DNA from: a virus
Taxonomy: Duplodnaviria; Heunggongvirae; Uroviricota; Caudoviricetes
Virus record (IMG/VR): IMGVR_UViG_2690316345_000015
Location: 1 to 4,139 of that record
Length of the DNA: 4,139 nucleotides
Direction: 5' to 3' (one strand)
Positions 1-4,139 of this stretch are shown in pieces. Below the pieces are notes generated by a model. It was not told the origin of the DNA. It saw only the letters and a program-made list of their open reading frames with translations, and made no database searches. Made by a program: the position numbers and the translations under genes. Each line of letters begins with the position of its first letter. Position 1 is the stretch's first letter.

Positions 1-71
1 GTGCTTTTGCCGTTACGCACCACCCCGTCAGTAGCTGAACAGGAGGGACAGCTGATAGAAACAGAAGCCAC
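1..71 (-). CDS. insA: IS1 InsA, N-terminal fragment (partial; runs off window start)
   Basis: On the minus strand a GTG at 71..69 is followed by GCT TCT GTT TCT ATC AGC TGT CCC TCC TGT (ASVSISCPSC...), the known InsA N-terminus with its zinc-finger Cys residues. Confidence 0.88.
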   Translation of the reverse strand, partial: MASVSISCPSCSATDGVVRNGKS

Positions 72-126
72 TGGAGCACCTCAAAAACACCATCATACAC
101 TAAATCAGTAAGTTGGCAGCATCACC
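1..126 (-). mobile_element. IS1: IS1 insertion sequence, left-end portion (element continues beyond window start). Terminal inverted repeat IRL at 104..126; outer end at 126.
   Basis: Reverse complement of 1..126 reads GGTGATGCTGCCAACTTACTGATTTAGTGTATGATGGTGTTTTTGAGGTGCTCCAGTGGCTTCTGTTTCTATCAGCTGTCCC..., which matches the canonical IS1 left end including the 23-bp IRL as I recall it. Match is from memory, not a database search. Confidence 0.93.
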
Positions 127-195
127 CAGGAACAGAGTTAAAAAGCCGGAACCGGAATCAAATCACAGGATGACCATCTGCCAGTGGCAGGTCAT

Positions 196-221
196 AAAAA
201 AAGGCCGCGCCATGCGCAGCC
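196..221 (-). terminator. Rho-independent terminator on the minus strand: hairpin GGCTGCGC-ATG-GCGCGGCC (203..221) followed by a T7 tract (196..202)
   Basis: Minus strand reads GGCTGCGCATGGCGCGGCCTTTTTTTATGAC: an 8-bp GC-rich stem (one G-U wobble), 3-nt loop, then seven U. It is oriented to stop transcripts coming from the moron region at higher coordinates. Confidence 0.6.
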
Positions 222-407
222 AGAACTCACAAGGAAAATGATAGAAGGAAATAACATTAGTGATGTACGCATGGCGCCTCCCGCTAAGTTCTGCAATGAT
301 CAAACAGAACTCGCTACGTGTCCTTAAAACTCGATCATTTAGCCTCTCCAAGGAGGATTCACCATGCGGTTGATTTTTTAATAAACAGTAAACAAAAAAG
401 TCAAGGA

Positions 408-518
408 TTATTCATTCTGTTTTTTCATCATCGGCCACAGCAATACCACAATGCCGCAGACCAGAGCGCCATCAGTCAGTACCAACATTATCCTGCTGGT
501 GAAATCCATCATCACCAT
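408..518 (-). CDS. Hypothetical small hydrophobic protein (36 aa from ATG at 518; up to 52 aa if TTG at 566 is used): MVMMDFTSRIMLVLTDGALVCGIVVLLWPMMKKQNE
   Basis: Hand translation of the minus strand. Below the 60-aa cutoff, so absent from the ORF track. Strongly hydrophobic with a charged KKQNE tail, and lies between the membrane-protein gene and the terminator at 196..221. No convincing Shine-Dalgarno sequence, so low confidence. Confidence 0.25.
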   Translation of the reverse strand: MVMMDFTSRIMLVLTDGALVCGIVVLLWPMMKKQNE

Positions 519-651
519 CACTAAAAGCAGGATCACAACAGCAAGCAGACACAGTTTATAAAACAATGTTCAGAAAACGCATTCTGCATGCCTAAGGTTC
601 TATTCTTACGAATAGCCAACTTGCAACTTAAAATATTATTTATGCAGCCAA

Positions 652-1410
652 TTAAATTCTGGTCCTTACAATATCAACCTGAAGATTCTTATCTTGTGCT
701 GATTGATAAATGACAAACCTCTTACTACCTGCATTAAAAGAAGTAGACAAAACCAGACAATTATCATAACGAGCAAGAACATAATACCAAGCATCATTAT
801 AATTAATCATTTCATATTCTTTCTTAAACTGAGGTTTGTAATATCCTGTCAGAAATGAGAAGAGCCAGAAATATGCCACAAAAGCAACCATCACAACTTC
901 AAAAAAATGTTTTTTTATAAATGGCTTACCATAGAAGCATGATACCGATAAAAATCGCCCATAAGATCTTATCGAAATTGTAACTGCCAGCGCAATCGCT
1001 GCTGACAGTAGCAAAAGAGGTAACTGAATCTTCTGTCTCAATATAGAAAACTCAATAATTGCCGGCACAAACAATAATTCCACAGCAAAATAAAGGCGAA
1101 ATACATTTAGCTCCTGCATAGAATGTTTTCTTTTCACAGCGAAAAAGAATACAACACCAATACCCCAACCGATAAGAAATATAGCAATGACGATAACTGC
1201 AAAAAATAAACTTCTGACAACATCATCAACACCTGCACCTACAATCCACCATGGGAATCCGTAGTAAAAAGAAGTACCCCAGCCATAGAAATAAGCACTC
1301 CCCCATCCAAGGCATCCCATGTAGGCTATAAAAAGTGAAGAACTCCTGAGCAGTGCACCATCCTTCATAACCACCTCTATACAAGATGATAACATTGGCT
1401 TGAAACTCAT
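652..1410 (-). CDS. Uncharacterised polytopic inner-membrane protein (252 aa; alternative start at Met15, codon 1368..1366, preceded by GAGGTG). About 5 predicted TM helices plus a ~60-aa hydrophilic C-terminal domain. AT-rich moron downstream of Q.
   Basis: Uninterrupted 759-nt ORF in AT-rich DNA, where random ORFs of this length are improbable. Hydrophobic segments approx aa 26-46, 65-92, 105-123, 130-147 and 169-188, with positively charged loops (KRKH, RQK, KKH). Sampled 60-nt stretches give roughly 30-37% GC, against about 53% in the adjacent Q gene. No family recognised by eye. Confidence 0.8.
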   Translation of the reverse strand: MSFKPMLSSCIEVVMKDGALLRSSSLFIAYMGCLGWGSAYFYGWGTSFYYGFPWWIVGAGVDDVVRSLFFAVIVIAIFLIGWGIGVVFFFAVKRKHSMQELNVFRLYFAVELLFVPAIIEFSILRQKIQLPLLLLSAAIALAVTISIRSYGRFLSVSCFYGKPFIKKHFFEVVMVAFVAYFWLFSFLTGYYKPQFKKEYEMINYNDAWYYVLARYDNCLVLSTSFNAGSKRFVIYQSAQDKNLQVDIVRTRI

Positions 1411-1576
1411 AACAAAAGCAATTCAATGCCGTCAAGAGGTTACAGGCTAAAAAACCTCTATTACATTGCAGTCAGCATGTTTACTACACAAATACAATTC
1501 AGAGCATAAAAACTACTCGGCGGCAGGTTATTGAGACTCATCAGTGACAGGTAAAAAATGCCCATTATTGGTGTCA

Positions 1577-1605
1577 AACTTACCCAAAGTTATTCAAAAA
1601 GTCAA
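1577..1605 (-). promoter_or_regulatory. Lambdoid late promoter pR' with Q-utilisation (qut) region: -35 TTGACT (1605..1600), 17-bp spacer, -10 TAAGTT (1582..1577), then a -10-like pause element AATAAT (1569..1564)
   Basis: Minus strand reads TTGACTTTTTGAATAACTTTGGGTAAGTTTGACACCAATAATGGG, which aligns closely with lambda pR' as I recall it (TTGACTTATTGAATAAAATTGGGTAAATTTGACTCAACGATGGG). It lies about 45 bp downstream of the Q stop codon, as in lambda. Confidence 0.75.
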
Positions 1606-1647
1606 TATTATGCCGTTAATATGTTGCCATCCGTGGCAATCATGGCG

Positions 1648-2271
1648 CTAACGTGTGATCGCATTCAAAATGTTGTCTGCGATTGACTCTTCCTTGTGGC
1701 ATTGCACAACCAGAGCGTCATACAGTGGCTTAACAGTGCGTGACCAGGTGGGTTGGGTAAGGTTTGGGATTAGCATCGTTACAGCGCGATATGCGGCACT
1801 TGCTGGCATCCTTGAATAGCCGACGCCTTTGCATCTTCCGCACTCTTTCTCGACAACTCTCCCCCCCTGCTCTGTTTTTGCTATATCAACCGCACGGCCT
1901 GTACCGTGGCAATCTCTGCATCTTGCGCCCGGCGTCGCGGCACTACGGCAATAATCCGCATAAGCAAATATTGCGAGCACTTGCAGTACCTTTGCCTTAG
2001 TATTTCCTTCGAGCTTTGCCACACCACGGTATCTCCCCGATACCTTGTGTGCAAATTGCATCAGATAGTTGATAGCCTTTTGTTTGTCGTTCTGGCTGAG
2101 TTCGTGCTTACCACAGAATGCAGCCATTCCGAATCCGGCTTGTGATTGCGCCATCCCCATAGCAGCCATCACATCAGTACCGGAAAGAGAGTCAGAAGCC
2201 GTGGCCGGTGGTGAGTCGCTCATCATCGGGCTTTTTGGCGAATGAAATTTAGCTACGCTTTCGAGTCTCAT
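1648..2271 (-). CDS. Q: Late-gene antiterminator Q (207 aa), lambda Q type
   Basis: Translation [21 protein letters not shown]...[12 protein letters not shown]...[14 protein letters not shown]... is near-identical to lambda Q as I recall it, including the Cys4 zinc-binding motif. Its start ATG overlaps the upstream phosphatase stop (ATGA at 2271..2268). Confidence 0.95.
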   Translation of the reverse strand: MRLESVAKFHSPKSPMMSDSPPATASDSLSGTDVMAAMGMAQSQAGFGMAAFCGKHELSQNDKQKAINYLMQFAHKVSGRYRGVAKLEGNTKAKVLQVLAIFAYADYCRSAATPGARCRDCHGTGRAVDIAKTEQGGRVVEKECGRCKGVGYSRMPASAAYRAVTMLIPNLTQPTWSRTVKPLYDALVVQCHKEESIADNILNAITR

Positions 2272-2933
2272 GCGCCTTCTCCCTGTACCTGAATCAATGT
2301 GAGGTTTCCGCAGAATACTGCGCCGGTATCGATATACATCTGGTTGGCAAATTTGAGTGGTTTCACTGCTGGCGTATGACCAAAGATGAACGTGTCCGCG
2401 CCTTTGATTTCTTTCACGATCCCGTCTTGTGAGTTGCTGATTCGTTCGCGGTTCCAGATTACCTGCTGATGATCAACTGGCTTTCCAAACTCGTATTCAT
2501 CACAAGGATAATCGGCGTGGCAGATGACATATTTTTTACCTTTGCTCACCAGTTCGATGATTAACGGAAGTTCATCTGCTTTCTGGGCAAGAGCTTTAGC
2601 CAGAATTTCTTTGTCGTAATCGAGATTAAAGAACCAGCCACCGCCATTAAGCAGCCAGTGATTGACGTTTCCACGCTCTGATAAGCCATCAATCATCATT
2701 TGCTCATGGTTTCCACGTACAGCTCTGAACCAGGGGAATGTGATTAATTCCAGGCATTCTACGTTCTCTGTACCGCGATCAACCAAATCGCCCACCGAGA
2801 TAAGCAGGTCTTTTTTGGTGTCGAATCCTATCGTCTCCAGTTTTTTCATCAGGTTCGTGTAGCATCCGTGCAGATCGCCAACTACCCAAATATTTCGGTA
2901 TTTGCTGCCATCAATTCTTTCGTAGATATTCAT
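2268..2933 (-). CDS. ninI: Ser/Thr protein phosphatase, lambda NinI (ORF221 / lambda PPase) type, 221 aa
   Basis: PPP-family metallophosphatase motifs GDLHG, GDLVDRG and GNHE are present. Sequence is near-identical to lambda phosphatase over most of its length; the N-terminus differs slightly (MNIYERIDG here vs MRYYEKIDG in lambda, from memory). Confidence 0.95.
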   Translation of the reverse strand: MNIYERIDGSKYRNIWVVGDLHGCYTNLMKKLETIGFDTKKDLLISVGDLVDRGTENVECLELITFPWFRAVRGNHEQMMIDGLSERGNVNHWLLNGGGWFFNLDYDKEILAKALAQKADELPLIIELVSKGKKYVICHADYPCDEYEFGKPVDHQQVIWNRERISNSQDGIVKEIKGADTFIFGHTPAVKPLKFANQMYIDTGAVFCGNLTLIQVQGEGA

Positions 2934-3541
2934 GCAACCTCACTTCTGCTATTTCGCAGGTCTTTGAGTTTCTGTTGGTACTCTGCCTTGATCGCCTTGC
3001 ACTCTTCGATAGTCCAGCGATGGCGGTTATGGTTTGATTCGATTTCGTCTACTGCTTCCTGCCCGATGCGGATAATCAGTTCGACGCGATACGGAACGAG
3101 ATTTCCGCTTTTGTGCTGGTTGCACACCACGCATTGCTTGTGAATATTGCGTTCATCAAATCGGAGTTGAGGTGCCGCAGCAGTTGTCCGGTAATGTCCG
3201 GCATCCCACTGAGCAGACGTGAGCGTTCCGCACGAGATACATGGTAAGTCGCGGTCTCTTTCTCTGATGAAGGCGTTTACGGCTTGTTGGGCTTGTTTAA
3301 TCCAGTAACTGCGGGGCTTTAAGGCGAGTTTTCGAATCTTAAGTTTATCTTTCTGTCTCTGATCCTCTCGTCGTCGTTTCTTCTCTGCTGCTTTTTCCGC
3401 TTTTTCGCGTTCTTTACTTCGTCGTTCGAGTGCTATCTTGGTTCCACACTCTGGAGAGCACCACCACTGATTAGCGAATGCAGGGTGAAACCATTCCCGA
3501 CATTCATCGTTTTTACATCGTCTTCGCGCTGGTTTAGCCAT
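2930..3541 (-). CDS. ninG: NinG / Rap (recombination-adept, structure-specific endonuclease), 203 aa
   Basis: Translation [33 protein letters not shown]... matches lambda NinG (Rap) as I recall it. GAGGAAG Shine-Dalgarno about 7 nt upstream of the ATG at 3541. Its stop overlaps the ninI start (ATGA at 2933..2930). Confidence 0.93.
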   Translation of the reverse strand: MAKPARRRCKNDECREWFHPAFANQWWCSPECGTKIALERRSKEREKAEKAAEKKRRREDQRQKDKLKIRKLALKPRSYWIKQAQQAVNAFIRERDRDLPCISCGTLTSAQWDAGHYRTTAAAPQLRFDERNIHKQCVVCNQHKSGNLVPYRVELIIRIGQEAVDEIESNHNRHRWTIEECKAIKAEYQQKLKDLRNSRSEVA

Positions 3542-3594
3542 CGTCTTCTTCCTCGTACATTGAGCTATTCGGATCGCTCATCAGTTCTGTGCAG

Positions 3595-4038
3595 TTATGG
3601 TCTGCCATGGTTTTCATGAAAACCCAGTTCTTTTTCTGCCCTCTTCCTTTCTGCAATAGCGTCAATGATGCTAGCAAATATTCCAAGATATTTGGTGCGC
3701 CCATCTACGCATATATTCGCAATCCACTTACATCTCTCTTTATTGAAATATACTCCAGTCACTCCTGACGAATTGGTTATTTTTCTCTTTTGGTTCTGTG
3801 CATTCTGTTGGTGTGTAACCAATCGAAGATTAGATAGCCTATTATCTGACCTTACTCCATTTATATGATCAATTTTATACCCTAATGGAATCTCACCATT
3901 ATTTATCATCCATATAACGTGGTGAGCATAAGTAATTACACCATCGATAGTTAACATCCTATAACCATCACTCCTAATGTAACCAGCAACACTGCCAACC
4001 TTAACATTATTAGAAGGAGACACTGGTAATGACTCCAA
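3595..4038 (-). CDS. HNH homing-type endonuclease with C-terminal AP2-like DNA-binding domain. The 5' end is disrupted or fused: ORF positions 4025..4038 are IS1 terminal-repeat sequence, so the native N-terminus is probably truncated. Possible GTG start at 4023.
   Basis: HNH_3-like motif (...YAHHVIWMINNGEIPLGYKIDHINGVRSDNRLSNLRLVTHQQN...) followed by an AP2-like segment (SSGVTGVYFNKERCKWIANICVDGRTKYLGIF...). The TTG start in the ORF track lies inside the IS1 IRR (GGTAATGACTCCAA...). Confidence 0.7.
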   Translation of the reverse strand: MESLPVSPSNNVKVGSVAGYIRSDGYRMLTIDGVITYAHHVIWMINNGEIPLGYKIDHINGVRSDNRLSNLRLVTHQQNAQNQKRKITNSSGVTGVYFNKERCKWIANICVDGRTKYLGIFASIIDAIAERKRAEKELGFHENHGRP

Positions 4039-4139
4039 CTTATTGATAGTGTTTTATGTTCAGATAATGCCCGATGACTTTGTCATGCAGCTCCACCGAT
4101 TTTGAGAACGACAGCGACTTCCGTCCCAGCCGTGCCAGG
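4025..4139 (-). mobile_element. IS1: IS1 insertion sequence, right-end portion (element continues beyond window end). Terminal inverted repeat IRR at 4025..4047.
   Basis: 4025..4139 is the reverse complement of the canonical IS1 right end as I recall it (...CCTGGCACGGCTGGGACGGAAGTCGCTGTCGTTCTCAAAATCGGTGGAGCTGCATGACAAAGTCATCGGGCATTATCTGAACATAAAACACTATCAATAAGTTGGAGTCATTACC). Confidence 0.93.
4040..4139 (-). CDS. insB: IS1 InsB (InsAB' transposase), C-terminal fragment (partial; runs off window end)
   Basis: Minus-strand translation ...[32 protein letters not shown] with stop TAA at 4042..4040, the known InsB C-terminus. Confidence 0.88.

Noticed and set aside
141-160. CCGGTTCCGG followed by CTTTTT on the minus strand as a second terminator
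   Set aside because: The stem is only 4 bp with a 2-nt loop, which is too weak. The adjacent hairpin at 203..221 is the credible terminator.
163-351. Minus-strand ORF of 62 aa (MERLNDRVLRTRSEF...)
   Set aside because: It starts at a TTG preceded by CCTCC (an anti-SD), runs straight through the terminator hairpin at 196..221, and has no protein-like features. Likely spurious.
318-524. Plus-strand ORF of 68 aa ending in EIHHHHH
   Set aside because: It is antisense to the hydrophobic small ORF; the His run is the mirror of ATG/GTG-rich codons on the other strand. Low complexity and no RBS.
1226-1435. Minus-strand ORF of 69 aa overlapping the 5' end of the membrane-protein gene
   Set aside because: Alternative frame lying almost entirely within the much longer 252-aa ORF. 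The Cys/Trp-rich translation is typical of an out-of-frame artefact.
1435-1459. Inverted repeat AGAGGTT-N11-AACCTCT as a possible tR' terminator
   Set aside because: No U-tract follows on either strand and the loop is long. It may be a leader RNA structure but is not a canonical intrinsic terminator.
1411-1647. Expected tRNA genes or Shiga-toxin-type cargo between Q and the next gene
   Set aside because: No tRNA-like cloverleaf sequence and no stxA/stxB-like ORFs. The interval holds only the pR'/qut region and a leader.
1764-2145. Two plus-strand ORFs (78 and 79 aa) inside the Q gene
   Set aside because: Antisense to a gene that matches lambda Q along its full length. No independent support.
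2662-3143. Plus-strand ORFs (66 and 91 aa) inside ninI and ninG
   Set aside because: Antisense to well-supported lambda-homologous genes. No independent support.
3665-3868. Plus-strand ORF of 67 aa inside the HNH endonuclease gene
   Set aside because: Antisense to an ORF with clear HNH and AP2 motifs.
1-4139. CRISPR arrays, rRNA or tRNA genes
   Set aside because: No regularly spaced direct repeats and no conserved rRNA or tRNA sequence features were seen in the window.

Overview
This window is a ~3.9 kb fragment of a lambda-like (lambdoid) prophage late-regulatory region, bracketed by two partial IS1 copies in the same orientation (IS1 left end at 1..126, IS1 right end at 4025..4139). All credible genes are on the minus strand. 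In phage order (high to low coordinate): IS1 insB 3' end, an HNH/AP2-type endonuclease whose 5' end abuts the IS1 terminus, NinG/Rap, the NinI Ser/Thr phosphatase, the Q antiterminator, a pR'-like late promoter, an AT-rich moron encoding a 252-aa polytopic membrane protein of unknown function, a possible small hydrophobic ORF, an intrinsic terminator, and the IS1 insA 5' end. NinG, the phosphatase and Q are near-identical to the lambda proteins as I recall them, and ninG/ninI/Q are linked by ATGA stop-start overlaps. NinH is absent, and no lysis genes follow the moron. No rRNA, tRNA or CRISPR array was seen. The most interesting element is the uncharacterised membrane-protein moron sitting at the Q/pR' cargo position where lambdoid phages carry toxin or defence genes. 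All identifications are from reading the sequence and from memory of the lambda and IS1 sequences; no searches were run.
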